Positions 39,440 through 50,324 of a stretch of 64,000 bases of DNA are shown piece by piece. This DNA is from Candidatus Latescibacterota bacterium (lineage in GTDB: Bacteria > Latescibacterota > UBA2968 > UBA8231): the NCBI GenBank assembly GCA_965197905.1, contig CBDAOB010000005.1, positions 224,001 to 288,000 of the forward strand. Direction: 5' to 3'. Position 1 is the stretch's first letter. Every line of letters begins with the position of its first letter. The notes below the pieces were generated by a model that was not told the DNA's origin, ran no database searches, and saw only the letters and a list, made by a program, of their open reading frames with translations. The translations under genes were made by a program, and so were the position numbers.

Positions 39440-40262
39440 TCAGCTCAGTGCGGCTTCGATGCCCCGGCAGTAGGCGAGACTGGTTGCCGCGATCGTGCGC
39501 GGGTCGGGTTTGAAGTCGAACACCTCCACCGACGCGTAACGTTGGTAATCGAGCTTCTTCAAGGTTTGCAGGATCTCCGCAAAGTCCGTATCGCCGAACC
39601 CGGGACCGCGGCCGTTGGCATCGTTGAGATGCACGTGGTAGAGCTGGTCGACCGTTTCTTCCAGCAGGCGTGAAACCGGGATCTTTTCGGTGGAGCCGCT
39701 GCGCACGTCTACCATCGCTTGAAAGTTCGGGTGATCGATCTCGGACACCAGCTTCCGAGCTTCCGCCGCCGTCGTCACCATATTCGTCTGGTCCGTGCTC
39801 AACGGCTCGATGCAGAGGTACACCCCGTTTTCCTCCGCCAGTGCCAGGCAATCCTCGAAAACGGATCGCGTGCGATCCCAGGTCTCCTGGTAATCCCAAG
39901 CCTCCTGCACGTTGCGTTGCTGCGGCGAGCCGAAGATCATTACCGACCCGCCCAGATCTCCGCAGAACCTCGTCAGGGATCGAAAGTAATCGCGGGTCTT
40001 GTTGCGCAGCTCGTCCGTCTGGATGATTCATATAGAGCCCTTTCGGGCTGATCAGGAGCCAGTGAAGACCGATAATCTCGACTCCGGCGCCGGCGGCGGC
40101 CCGGCGAATCTCTTCCCGCCTGGCTGAGCTGATCTCGTCCACCGATTCGGCCAATGTGTACGGCGCGATTTCGACCCCATCGAAGCCGATCTCGGCGCAA
40201 TATTCAAACACCGCCTCGATTGTCCATCCCTCGAAGTATTCGTTGCAGGTTCCGTATTTCAT
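39440..40262 (-). pseudogene. Sugar phosphate isomerase/epimerase (psicose/tagatose 3-epimerase-like), frameshifted
   Basis: CNE.F..GVEIAP..GLHWLL..NHPD continues as DELRNKTRDYF..MIFGSP..EPL..HLNDAN..SVEVF after one extra base at ~40016. Confidence 0.85.
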
Positions 40263-40502
40263 TTCCTATCCCCTGTTGGTGCTGCATCCAGAATCAAGCA
40301 AAGATAGTACGCGATCGTTCGAACTCAAATCGCCAAGGAAGCGGTCCGTGTTGCGACAGGGAAACACGAATGTCTCCTCCGTACCTCGGTGGTGAGGCGC
40401 TTCCGCGAGACATGGCGCTGTGTCCGCTTGCTCCACACTGGGGGGAATCTGACCAGCGGTTAGCCGCGAATGCCTGGAACGCTTGTTGCGTTGCAGCTCC
40501 GA

Positions 40503-42063
40503 ATGTCGAGGTTCCAACACCTGGTAGCGGGCGCTCTCGCAGTGACCGCTACCGCCTTCTCGCAACCGGCTGTATTTCAAGATGACTCCGATGTTCGGAC
40601 CCTCGAAACTGAAGCGGCCGACCGTGCGGGCTTGACCCGATCGACCTACCGCTTGCGGCTGCAGAGCGCGTCGCCGGCGGTGGAAGCTACCCGGGTCTAC
40701 CAGCGTCTCGAACTGCGGGATGGAGAGGGTGGAGAGGCGTTCTTCCTGGTGGAACGCGATCCCGGCGAGCCCAGGTGGAACGATTTCACCACCTTTTACC
40801 TTCGCTGGTCGAGTCCGGCGAGACCGATCGAAGTCGTAGTCGGCGACCTGCGTCCCGGGTTCGGTCAGGGTCTCCTCTTTAGTCGCAGCAGCCGGAAGGG
40901 CGCCGGTGTTTGGCGACCCCGCGCGGATCATCGCCGGCTGGGGTACCGCTCCAGCGGGGAGAATGACGCATTTCGGGGACTGGGAGTTCGCGGCCGCGCA
41001 GGTTTGTTGAGCTGGGCATTGCTTGGGGGCAGGGGGCGGCGCGACGCGCGGGTGGACGAAACCGGCACCGTCACCTCGTTGCCCTCCAGCGGTCTCCACG
41101 TTACCAGAGTCGAACAGATGGGGCGCAACCGGCTAGGAGTCCGAGTATTCGGAGCCCGACTGCGGGGCGTCAGCCACGGGGTGTCTGTCGGTTTGGTGGG
41201 CCAGGACCTTCGTTTCGATCGAGCTCTCGATCTGCGCCGGCAAGGGCGGAAAGGGGTGGCATTCCACGGCCGCCGAATGCGCACAGGTTCGGCGGATCTC
41301 TTGCTCAAACGAGAGCAGCTGGACTTGGCGGCGGCGATGGCTGTGGACGGCTCGTCCAGGATGGGCACCTCGATTGTTCTGCGTCAGGGTCTGCCGCAGG
41401 GGCGTGTCAGGGTGGAGGCTGCACCACGCTGGTTTTGCCAATCCGTTCGGTCGCACGTCGAACGCCAATGAAACCGGAGTGGGTGGTGAGTGGAAGGGTG
41501 GGAACGGGAGATTCAAGTGGCGGCTGTCAGTAGACCAGGTTCGACAACCTCAGGCCGAGTACTCCACGCCGTTGCCGAGCGAGACGCTGCGCTGGTCTGG
41601 GGAGCTGGAAACCCAGATCGGACGCCAGGCGCGCCTCGACGCTCACCTGCAAACGGTCGAACGTCGCAAAGGGAGCAGTGGACAGCGTGATCACACTCGA
41701 CGCTTCCGTCTCGATCTACACCTTCGCGGCGCGAAGCTGCGTGTGGAAGGCAGACAAAACAAGGGCTCGAGCTCAGATCGGGGCGGGTTGGTGTCTGCGT
41801 TGTGGCGCTATCGTGGGCAGCACTTGAGTGGTGTAGTCCATCTCAGCCGTTTTCACACTGGCGCCTATGCCGCGCGGATCTACGAATACGAGTACGATCT
41901 GCCGGGAGCGTACAGCATACGACCGCTCTACGGGAATGGATGGAGGATCTACACCCGAACCGGTTTAGCCTGGGGAAGTCTGCGGATCGTGCTGCGATAC
42001 CGACTTCAATCCGGGCCTCCGCTGCGTCACCATGCAGGTGTTCAAGTGGATTTGGCCGCCTGA
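40503..42063 (+). pseudogene. Outer-membrane beta-barrel-like protein (resembles barrel part of ComEA/HhH-barrel proteins), frameshifted
   Basis: Signal peptide, ERDPGE, GD...GFGQGL, SG.H.T..E in first frame; FANPF..NE.G and IYEYEYDL..YG.G.R.Y in second frame; shift at ~41410-41420. Confidence 0.65.
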
Positions 42064-42098
42064 ATCTGGACCAAACTCCGACCACTCCGACGGCGAGG

Positions 42099-43420
42099 TC
42101 AGAACCCGATTCGCTCCAGCAGCCAGGTGGGCACCGCGGTAAACTGGTTGGTCAAAACCACTATCCACGAAACGGCACCCGAACGCGGCACGAGCTGCAA
42201 ACCGTATTGCACCATAAGACCGCCGTTCCAGAGGGACAGCAGAACCACAACGAGAGTGGGGGACCGGGGCCACTTCCGGCCGATGCTGCGCAAGGTGGCC
42301 GCAAGGCCCAACGCGAGCCATGGATAAGACGAGATGAAGAACCGATTGCCGAAGGAGGCTCCACCCCACCAACCCGACCACGAGCTGACCAGGTAGATCT
42401 GCAACGACATTCCCAGGATCGCCGCATTCCATATAGGCTTGGACGGAGAGTTGCGACAGACGACGAGCCCCGCAAGACCCAGCAGCAGTATCGGGTGCCA
42501 GGCAATGAACCCACCGCGTTCGCTGAAAAACACATGGAGCAGATGTGTGGGCACCCATTCAAGTCCCCCCAGGCTTGGCGTCGGCCCGCTCAACCAGCTG
42601 CCGTAGAGATAGTTCCAAATGGCCAGCTGTGGTGCGAGCGTCACCGCGGCACCGAGACCAAACCATGTTGCGAACCGGCCCTGGATGCGGAGATTGCGCT
42701 CGCCGGCGTAATTCCAGATGCCTACACCACCCACTGCAACCACCCAGACCACGTCTTGATACCTGGTTACGAAGAGCAAACCTCCCAGCAACCCCAAGCC
42801 AAACATATTTTTCGCGCTGGCGGAGCCGACGGTACGCTCCAGCTGCAAAAGGAAGGCGACCGCGACAAAAAAGCCGACGCCGTGGGACATGGAGCCGTGA
42901 AACAGCCGTAAAAAATCAGCGGCGTCGCCAGCAGGATTCCAGCAGCGGCGTAAGCCGAGGTTGCCGGTCCAAATTCGCGTTTGAGGCGCCGAAACAGCAG
43001 CAGTAAACCCAGGCTGGTCCATAGCGCGGACGAAAAGGCCACCGCCCAGGCGTACGGAAAGCCGAGCAGATCGGCGGCGCCCGGAGCCGGGGAGCCAGAG
43101 GCGAGAAATACCACGAAAACCGCCGGCGCCCAAAAGAGGGCGGCGCCGAATCCAAACTGATTGCTCAACCTTCCGGTTATTTCCGAGCGGGGAAGGGTAA
43201 CCATGCGGTACGGCGTCTCTCGAAAGAGATCCAGCGCGCGGTACTCGTCCTGAAAATCGAGATCGCCCTCCTGCAACAGGGCCATGAGGTAGGCGTAGTT
43301 ACCGCCGCCGTCAAAACCCCTGATCTCCGGGCGCAGGGCCAAGGTCGTGAGGATCACGAGGAAGAGTGCGGCCAGCACCGTCTCGCGTTCGCGCCAGCCA
43401 GTCAACAGGTTTCGGGGCAT
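42099..43420 (-). pseudogene. Polytopic membrane glycosyltransferase (GT-C fold), frameshifted
   Basis: DG..NYAYL..L...GDLDF.DE, TPLIFYG then FHGSMSH in the next frame (~42903), TRYQD, WWGG.SFGNRF. Confidence 0.75.
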
Positions 43421-43429
43421 GGTAAGGTG

Positions 43430-44887
43430 CTACGAAAGGGGGGAAGGAACCCGGCGCTCCTCTAGGTACTCGGCGTCCGTGTTCACCAACCACGGATCAT
43501 CGTCGCTCTGGCCCAGGCAGTTCCGGGTGGCCAATAGGGCGGTCATCATGGAGTGGTCCTGGTTGTTGTAGTGGTGCATTCCGTTGCGCCCCACGGTCCA
43601 GATGTTCTCGAAACCGTCGAGCCAGCTCCGTACCTTCTCGACCACCGATTTGTAGTGCTCGTCGTAGACCGGATACGCTTTTTTTACTCGCACCACAGCG
43701 CCATCCACAACCTTGTCGTGCCCTAGCAACCCCAAACCGGTCAACTCCTTCACGGCCAGGCTCCGGAGTGACCCGTCGCTCTGGTTCCACAGATCGTCCT
43801 GTTGGTTGCAGAAATACTCCACGCCGAGAACGGAAAAGGCGCCTTCGGGAACCATGTCTGCCGACCAGTTCCCGTAATTCTGCACCCGTCCTGCTTTGAC
43901 TGCAGGATCGTGAATATAGATCCAGTTGTCGGGAAATATGTCGGTTCCTTTCACGGTAAGGGCGACTATTAGAAAGTCGCGATAGCGAAGTTTTTCTACC
44001 TCCGCGATCAGGTCCGGCGGCGCTGCGGGATCGAAGTTGCGAACGAATTCTCGCAGCGGCATCGAGCTGATCAGCGCTCCGCAGGCGTGTTCGTGTCGAT
44101 TTCCATCGCGGTCTTCGCTAACGACACGCACCGCGCGTCGGCCGTCGGTCATCACCGAGGTTACCGTGCGGTCCAACAGCACCTTGCTCCCGTGGGATTC
44201 GATCCGGCGCGCCACGGTTTCCCACATCATGCCCGGGCCCTTGCGGGGGTAGAGAAATCGGTCTGTCAGCGTTTTTACTACCTTGCCGCTTCCCCGGCTA
44301 CCGCCGCTTAAACCTATCGAGTTCATGACGGCGATTCTCAACGACAGACCCTTGATGCGCTGGGCGGCCCAGTCCGCCGAGATCTCCTCACATCGCATGC
44401 CCCAAACCTTTTCGGTATAGCTCCGAAAAAAAATCCGGAAGAGTCGATCGCCGAACCGGTTGGTGACCCAGTCTCTGAAGGAAACCTCAGGTTTGATCGG
44501 ATTCACACTGCGATACAGGTAGGTAAGGATACAGAGGAAGGAATCGAGCACGCCAAGGTTGATCAGCGCGTTGAGCGGCCGCAGCGGATATTCGAAGAAT
44601 TTGCCGCCATAAAAGATCCGGCTATGGCGATCCACCTCGATAAAATCCTCCGGCGGCAGCACCTCCTTCCACTAGGCGACGATTTCCTGATTCTTCGAGA
44701 AGAAACGGTGGCCGCCCAGGTCGAACCGGGCGCCATTGTGCTCGACCGTTCGCGCCAGACCACCCAGGTAGTGGGGGTCGGATTCCAGCACGGTGCATTC
44801 TCCGTCGCTCTTGCAGTACTCCAGGCCGGCCGTGAGTCCTGCGGGTCCGCCGCCAATGACGACCATGTGCGGGCGCGAGTCGTTCAC
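43430..44887 (-). pseudogene. NAD(P)/FAD-dependent oxidoreductase (protoporphyrinogen-oxidase-like fold, typical of glycosylation loci) with in-frame TAG
   Basis: GGGPAGLTAG..GGLART..DLGGHRFFSK, TAG at 44672-44674, then same frame continues WKEVL..SADWAAQRI..GRNGMHHYNNQDHSM. Confidence 0.85.
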
Positions 44888-45102
44888 TCTTTTGTCGGTT
44901 GTTGAATGGGTCTAGATGTTATCCGGGGGTGTCTGAGAAGGCGCACTTGAATGTAGCAACTGGGTCTCATTTTGTCGTTGATGTCCGGCCGTCCCGGTCG
45001 ATTGCCGGCGCCAGGTTCCTTGCGTACTGTTGCCAACGTTCAGTGGAATCGATCTGACCATATGTGAATGCAGCCCGTCACGACGTCGGCGGAGGACGAA
45101 AG

Positions 45103-46719
45103 ATGGCTCGACCCGAGCGAGCAACCCACAGAATGGCGTGTGAGTGGGGCATCGATTCACATAAACAGTACAAAGATCCGTTCAACGCCCTCGAGTTGGA
45201 CGTGCATTTTACCCACGAAAGCGGAACCGAGTACCGGGTCCCCGCATTCTGGGCCGGCGATCACCACTGGCGGGTGCGTTTCGCGCCTCCCGAGGCCGGC
45301 TCCTACACCTATCGCAGCGTGTGCACTGACGCTGACAACCAGGAACTGAATGGCGACGAGGGGAGCCTGGAAGCGGGTCCCTATACGGGTGATAACCTGC
45401 TGCTTTCAAGGGGACCACTTTCCCTCGGTGGCGAGCCGACGCGCTTCATGCACGAAGACGGCACCGCTTTCTTCTGGCTCGGCGACACCTGGTGGATGGG
45501 ACTGTGCCACCGCTGGACCTGGCCCGAGGATATTCAGCTGCTCGCCGCCGACCGTAAACAGAAAGGGTTCACCGTAATCCAGATCATCGCAGGCCTCTAT
45601 CCCGACATGCTCGCTTTCGATCCCCGGGGCGCCAACGAAAGTGGATTTCCCTGGGACCCGCAGTACGAACAGATCAACCCCGCCTACTTCGATGCCGCCG
45701 ACCTGCGTATTCAATGGCTCGTGCGCTGTGGTCTGGTGCCGTGTATCTTCGCCTGCTGGGGCTGGTTCTACTCCCTCATGGGCGAGCAGCGGATGAAACA
45801 GCACTGGCGGAACCTGGTGGCGCGCTGGGGCGCGTATCCGGTTGTCTGGTGTCTAGCCGGTGAGGGGCAGCAGATCTACTACCTGACCAAGACCCCGGAC
45901 GAGGATCGGGCCCGTCAGCTGCGGGGGTGGACCGAGCTTGCCCGCTATGTGCGCGAGATCGATCCGTACCGGCGCCTGTTGACCATTCATCCGGCCTCCC
46001 TGCGCGATTCCCGCGAGCAGATCGAAGATCCGCAGCTGATCGACTTCGGCATGCTGCAGCTGAGTCATCGGGGACACGAGTACCTGGGCGATCAGATGCG
46101 CATTCTCGACGAGTCCGTGCGGCGCTCGCCACCGCTTGCCATCGTCAACGCGGAAGGGAATTACGAAGGGATCAAGGGGGGGCATCTCGCCGATGTGCAG
46201 CGGTTCTCTTTCTGGAGCAGCATGCTGCTGGGCGCCGCCGGGTTCACCTACGGCGCCAACGGCATGTGGCAGATCAATCGACGGGAGGAGCCGTTCGGTC
46301 CCTCTCCGCACGGCGCTTCCTGGGGAGACACCTCCTGGGAGGAGGCGTACCAGCTGCCGGGGGGAAACCAGGTCGCCTTGGGAAGCCGGATCCTGCGCCA
46401 GCTGCCGTGGCACAGGTTTACTCCTCATCTGGAGTGGGTTCGGGATGCGGATGGGGTCGACAACCTCTTACGCCCGGTGGCGGCCGGCATACCGCAGGAG
46501 TGTCGCGTCGTCTACCTGCCGGTGCCGTTGCATCCCCAGGGAGCGCGCCCTACCGTTCTCGGCATCGAGCACGACAACTACGAAGCCCGCTTTGTCAGCA
46601 CGGAAAACGGTCGGGATTACGATCTTGGGCGCGTGACACCCGATGCCAGCGGAGAGTGGATGCTGGCGCCGCCGCCGATCATGCACGACCTGCTGCTCAT
46701 ACTCCAGCGGCCGTCGTAA
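45103..46719 (+). CDS. DUF5060/DUF4038 apiosidase-like glycoside hydrolase (GH140-related)
   Basis: FW.G...W.VRF.P, FFWLGDTWW, KGFTVIQ, W.LAGE, TIHP, E..YEG, YGANG.WQ; GGAGG RBS. Confidence 0.8.
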   Translation: MARPERATHRMACEWGIDSHKQYKDPFNALELDVHFTHESGTEYRVPAFWAGDHHWRVRFAPPEAGSYTYRSVCTDADNQELNGDEGSLEAGPYTGDNLLLSRGPLSLGGEPTRFMHEDGTAFFWLGDTWWMGLCHRWTWPEDIQLLAADRKQKGFTVIQIIAGLYPDMLAFDPRGANESGFPWDPQYEQINPAYFDAADLRIQWLVRCGLVPCIFACWGWFYSLMGEQRMKQHWRNLVARWGAYPVVWCLAGEGQQIYYLTKTPDEDRARQLRGWTELARYVREIDPYRRLLTIHPASLRDSREQIEDPQLIDFGMLQLSHRGHEYLGDQMRILDESVRRSPPLAIVNAEGNYEGIKGGHLADVQRFSFWSSMLLGAAGFTYGANGMWQINRREEPFGPSPHGASWGDTSWEEAYQLPGGNQVALGSRILRQLPWHRFTPHLEWVRDADGVDNLLRPVAAGIPQECRVVYLPVPLHPQGARPTVLGIEHDNYEARFVSTENGRDYDLGRVTPDASGEWMLAPPPIMHDLLLILQRPS

Positions 46720-46747
46720 TCGGGTCTCGTCGCCGGGCGGCGAAAGG

Positions 46748-47494
46748 TTATTTCTTGTTCTTCTTGCCGGCTTTGGCTCCGTACGCTTGCCCACCGAATA
46801 TAGCCCGTATCTCGGCGGCGGATGTCGCTTTGGACGCGGCGCCCATTCGCTCCTCCTCCACCTTCTGAATCTTCTTGCAGTTGTCCAGCACCGCGGCCAT
46901 ATGCTGGGCTGGAAATTTACAAGCGCCGTTCTCGTCCATGTGCACGATCTCTCCAGGCGCTACATCCATGCCAGCAACCGAAACGGGAACATTGACCGCA
47001 TGCACCGCAAAATCTCCATGACCGGGAGTGAGCCCGGTGAGCAGATACTGGAATTTCATCGGTCGAATCTCGTCGATATCCCTGGAGGGCCCGTTCGAGA
47101 CGACGCCGACGCAACCCATCGCTTTCATCGCTGTGGTCATGTTGCCACCGGCGAGGCCCACCTTGCCCTGCAACTCCGGCGGAAACTTCTGCTGCAGTAC
47201 CAGGATGGTAGGTTTTTTTGAGACGTCCAGTGCATCTATGACATCCATGAAGGTCAAGCGCGAAAAGCTCGGGTCGGGCAACCCGAATACGCAGGTCACT
47301 GCGTAGCCCGTGAGCCGGCCCAGTTCCGGATACATGCAGCGGATGCTCTGATCGGTGTACCAATTCTCGGTCCACGGATTGTAGAGCCCGAGGCAGAGCG
47401 GATTTTTTGGATAGGTGGCAACGACGTTGGTTATGGTAGGGGTATCGAATCCCTTGAGTGCTTCCAATATGTCCGTATCGCTGAGCTTCGGCAT
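46748..47494 (-). CDS. RraA family / HMG-aldolase-like protein
   Basis: DTPTITN, GYAVT, GG.M, G..RD..EI, PGEIVH.DENG; GGAGG RBS before ATG 47494. Confidence 0.85.
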   Translation of the reverse strand: MPKLSDTDILEALKGFDTPTITNVVATYPKNPLCLGLYNPWTENWYTDQSIRCMYPELGRLTGYAVTCVFGLPDPSFSRLTFMDVIDALDVSKKPTILVLQQKFPPELQGKVGLAGGNMTTAMKAMGCVGVVSNGPSRDIDEIRPMKFQYLLTGLTPGHGDFAVHAVNVPVSVAGMDVAPGEIVHMDENGACKFPAQHMAAVLDNCKKIQKVEEERMGAASKATSAAEIRAIFGGQAYGAKAGKKNKK

Positions 47495-47606
47495 GGTTTC
47501 CTCCACGGGTGACCAGCTTACAGCATCTGGACTAAGGTTCTTCGCGTCAATACTTTTTTGAGACCGACATCTCGTTTCCATGGACGAACCCGAGAGGACT
47601 CTCAAC

Positions 47607-48971
47607 ATGCAGTCTCAATTTGAAGCGGAATATGTTGCCAAGACACCCGGATCGAAGGCGCTGTGGCCGCGCGCCCAAGAGGTGTTCCCCAGCGGAGTGA
47701 CGCATGATTCGAGGATCTTCGCTCCGTACCCGTTGTGTATCGACCGTGCCTCAGGCTCCCACAAATGGGATGTGGATGGCAACGAGTACATCGACTTTTA
47801 TGGCGGCCACGGTGCGCTGTTGCTGGGCCACTGCCATCCGGTGGTGTTAGAAGCCGTAATCGAGCAGGCTGCCAAGGGAACCCAGTTCGGCTCCTCCAAC
47901 GAGATGGAGCTGAGGTGGGCGGAGCAGATCGTCAAGATGGTACCCTGCGCCGAGAAGGTGCGTTTTACCAGCTCCGGAACCGAAGCGAGCCACCTGGCTT
48001 TTCGCATTTCCAGGGCGGCCACGGGAAAAACCAAGATCCTGCGCTTCGCGGGCCATTTTCACGGTTGGCACGACCAGGTGGCGTGGGCGGCCACCACCCA
48101 TCTCGACGGTTCAGTGCCGGCAGGCATAACTGGAGAAACCATGGAGAACGTGATTGTTTGTCCGCCCAACGACCTGGATGCCTTGGAGCGTCACTTGGCG
48201 AACAATGACGACATTGCGGCCGCGATCCTGGAACCCACCGGTGGCACCTTCGGCACTGCGCCGACCTCCGGCGAGTTTCTGCACCAGCTGCGGCGTTTGA
48301 CCGAGCAGTACCACGTGCTGCTCATTTTCGACGAGGTGGTGACCGGATTCCGGGTTGCGCCCGGAGGTGCTCAGGAGCAGTACGGGGTCACCCCGGATCT
48401 GTCGCTGCTGGCCAAGATCATGGCGGGCGGATATCCGGGGGGTGCCGTGGTGGGTCGCTCCGACATCCTGGAAGTAATGAACACCCATCCGGACCCGGAA
48501 TGGAACCGCCAGAACCTCGTTTCACATTATGGCACCTTCAACGCCAATCCCTTTTCCGCCAGCGCCGGACTGGCGTCCCTGCAACTGATCGACTCCGAGG
48601 ATATGACGGGCCGCGCCAACGCGACCGCCCAACAGCTGCGGGATGCCTTGAGCGATATCGTTCAGTCGGCGGGACTCAACTGGGTCGTGTACGGCGAGTT
48701 CTCCGGGGTCCACATCTTCACCAACGGTGACGATATGGAGGTATCGCGCGAGGACATCTACGCCGGACGGGTGGACTACCTCGAGCTCAAACGTCGCCCT
48801 CCCGAGATCACCGCCGCCCTACGGCATGGCCTGCTTGCGCGCGGGGTCGATTTCGCCGGCTGGCCGGGGGCCATCGTCTCGGCGGTGCATTCCGGAGCCG
48901 ACATCGATCGCACCGCAAGCGTTTTCGAAGAGGTTGCCCACATGTTCAAGGAGGAGCTTGTGGCGGGGTGA
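47607..48971 (+). CDS. Class III aminotransferase (glutamate-1-semialdehyde aminomutase-like)
   Basis: WDVDGNEYID, SGTEA, FHG, DEVVTGFR, AKIMAGG, GTFNANP. Confidence 0.9.
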   Translation: MQSQFEAEYVAKTPGSKALWPRAQEVFPSGVTHDSRIFAPYPLCIDRASGSHKWDVDGNEYIDFYGGHGALLLGHCHPVVLEAVIEQAAKGTQFGSSNEMELRWAEQIVKMVPCAEKVRFTSSGTEASHLAFRISRAATGKTKILRFAGHFHGWHDQVAWAATTHLDGSVPAGITGETMENVIVCPPNDLDALERHLANNDDIAAAILEPTGGTFGTAPTSGEFLHQLRRLTEQYHVLLIFDEVVTGFRVAPGGAQEQYGVTPDLSLLAKIMAGGYPGGAVVGRSDILEVMNTHPDPEWNRQNLVSHYGTFNANPFSASAGLASLQLIDSEDMTGRANATAQQLRDALSDIVQSAGLNWVVYGEFSGVHIFTNGDDMEVSREDIYAGRVDYLELKRRPPEITAALRHGLLARGVDFAGWPGAIVSAVHSGADIDRTASVFEEVAHMFKEELVAG

Positions 48972-49825
48972 TGCGCGCGTCTCTGCTCGCCCTCCTGGTG
49001 ACCTTACCGCTGCTTGCCTGCGGCGACAAGGGCGTTGATTCCAGAGCGCCCGCACTGCTGGCCGGCGACTACGAAATCCTGAACACGCGCGACATCGACG
49101 AGCTGCGCCAGAGGGGAGGGGAGGCCTACACCATCGGTGGATCTTTGCTCATCTTCGGTTCAGCGGTGGAGGACCTGTCCGGTCTCGGAAACCTGACCGG
49201 GATCGGTCGAAGTCTGGAGATTCGTTTCAATACCAGACTGACTTCCCTGCGCGGACTCGAAGGCCTGGCAAGCGTCGGCGATAGCCTGACGGATACGGGG
49301 CTTCGCGTTTCCCCGCTGGAAAACCCTTCCAACAAAAGCCTCCACGTCATCGAGGGACTGATCGTCACCGATAATCCGGCGCTGGCTAGCCTGCTGGGCC
49401 TGGACAGCCTGCAGTTCGTGGGGGGTGGCCTCTCACTGATTTTCAATGAGACGCTGACAAGCCTAGATCATCTGGGAAACTTGACGCGGGTCCGCGGCAG
49501 CGTCGACGTCATTGCGAATCCCATGCTCGCCGGGCTTACCGGATTGCAACGATTGGAGCGGATCGAAGGATACCTGGAGGTGGGCGGCAACCCGCTCATA
49601 AGCGATCTGCGAGGCTTGGAGCGCTTGTCCACCGTCGACGCAGATCTGATCGTCTGGTTCAACGACGGACTGACGTCTCTGGATGGGCTTCAGGGGCTAG
49701 AGGTGGTGGGCGGACCGCTGACCATCGATCGAAACCCGTTGCTTCCACAAGAGCAGGTGCGCGCGTTTGTCGACAGTCTGATCGCCAGGGGGTACGAGGG
49801 AGAAGCGATTCTCGGTCCGGGGTGA
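48968..49825 (+). CDS. Receptor L-domain / leucine-rich repeat lipoprotein
   Basis: Lipobox LLAC; ~24-aa repeats L.I..N..L..L.GL..L..V.G; GTGA overlap with aminotransferase. Confidence 0.8.
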   Translation: MMRASLLALLVTLPLLACGDKGVDSRAPALLAGDYEILNTRDIDELRQRGGEAYTIGGSLLIFGSAVEDLSGLGNLTGIGRSLEIRFNTRLTSLRGLEGLASVGDSLTDTGLRVSPLENPSNKSLHVIEGLIVTDNPALASLLGLDSLQFVGGGLSLIFNETLTSLDHLGNLTRVRGSVDVIANPMLAGLTGLQRLERIEGYLEVGGNPLISDLRGLERLSTVDADLIVWFNDGLTSLDGLQGLEVVGGPLTIDRNPLLPQEQVRAFVDSLIARGYEGEAILGPG

Positions 49826-49844
49826 CCGGGCCCTTTTCCCGAGT

Positions 49845-50324
49845 CTAGGGTTCAGTGCAGGTGAAGTCGCGTCCTTCGGTGCAACCGGTGTGGCAGCCTA
49901 CGCACGACGGCAGCTGTCCCTCGCGCATAACCTTGCCCTTGATATCCAGCTCCTGCCAGCTCCAATCTCCCGTCAACGGCGCTGTCTGCGTCTCGCCTTT
50001 CCTCATGCTGACGAAACCGGCGATCTCGGAACAACCGGGATCGGCGTGCAGCACCTTCACGAGAACCGATCCAACGGGTAGTGGATAGGCGCCGTCCACG
50101 TAAGCCCCGGCGTTCTCGGGGTCGGCGAACACGACGATGTTGTGCCCGTCGTGGGCGCTGCTGAAGCGACAGTTCCGCACCTGGATATAGGAGGCGCGAA
50201 AGTCCGTGGGATAGAACGGCTCCGGTCCACTGGCGCCGGTAGCCTTATCGTCGCTGCATTGGGTCGTGGAGGTCAGGGGAAGGCAGACTGCCGCCAACAC
50301 GAGGACGGCGCGCTTCGGCGTCAC
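49845..50324 (-). CDS. Cytochrome P460 / c'-beta family protein (lipoprotein)
   Basis: P.GSVLVK, V.M.K, GDW.W, C-terminal CVGCH then RDF. Confidence 0.75.
   Translation of the reverse strand: MTPKRAVLVLAAVCLPLTSTTQCSDDKATGASGPEPFYPTDFRASYIQVRNCRFSSAHDGHNIVVFADPENAGAYVDGAYPLPVGSVLVKVLHADPGCSEIAGFVSMRKGETQTAPLTGDWSWQELDIKGKVMREGQLPSCVGCHTGCTEGRDFTCTEP

Noticed and set aside
40340..40460. Short hairpins (CGTGTT/AACACG, ATGTCTC/GAGACAT) as a riboswitch or ncRNA
   Set aside because: Stems of 6-7 bp are expected in GC-rich DNA and I recognise no aptamer consensus; an Rfam cmscan would settle it.
44672..44674. Genome-wide TAG recoding or pyrrolysine
   Set aside because: TAG ends several clearly complete genes here (UBact, prcA, pafA, M6 protease) and no pyl genes are visible.
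47607..48971. Assigning hemL
   Set aside because: GSA-aminomutase-like, but divergent at the N-terminus (PSGVTHD rather than PGGVNSP) and with no tetrapyrrole context.
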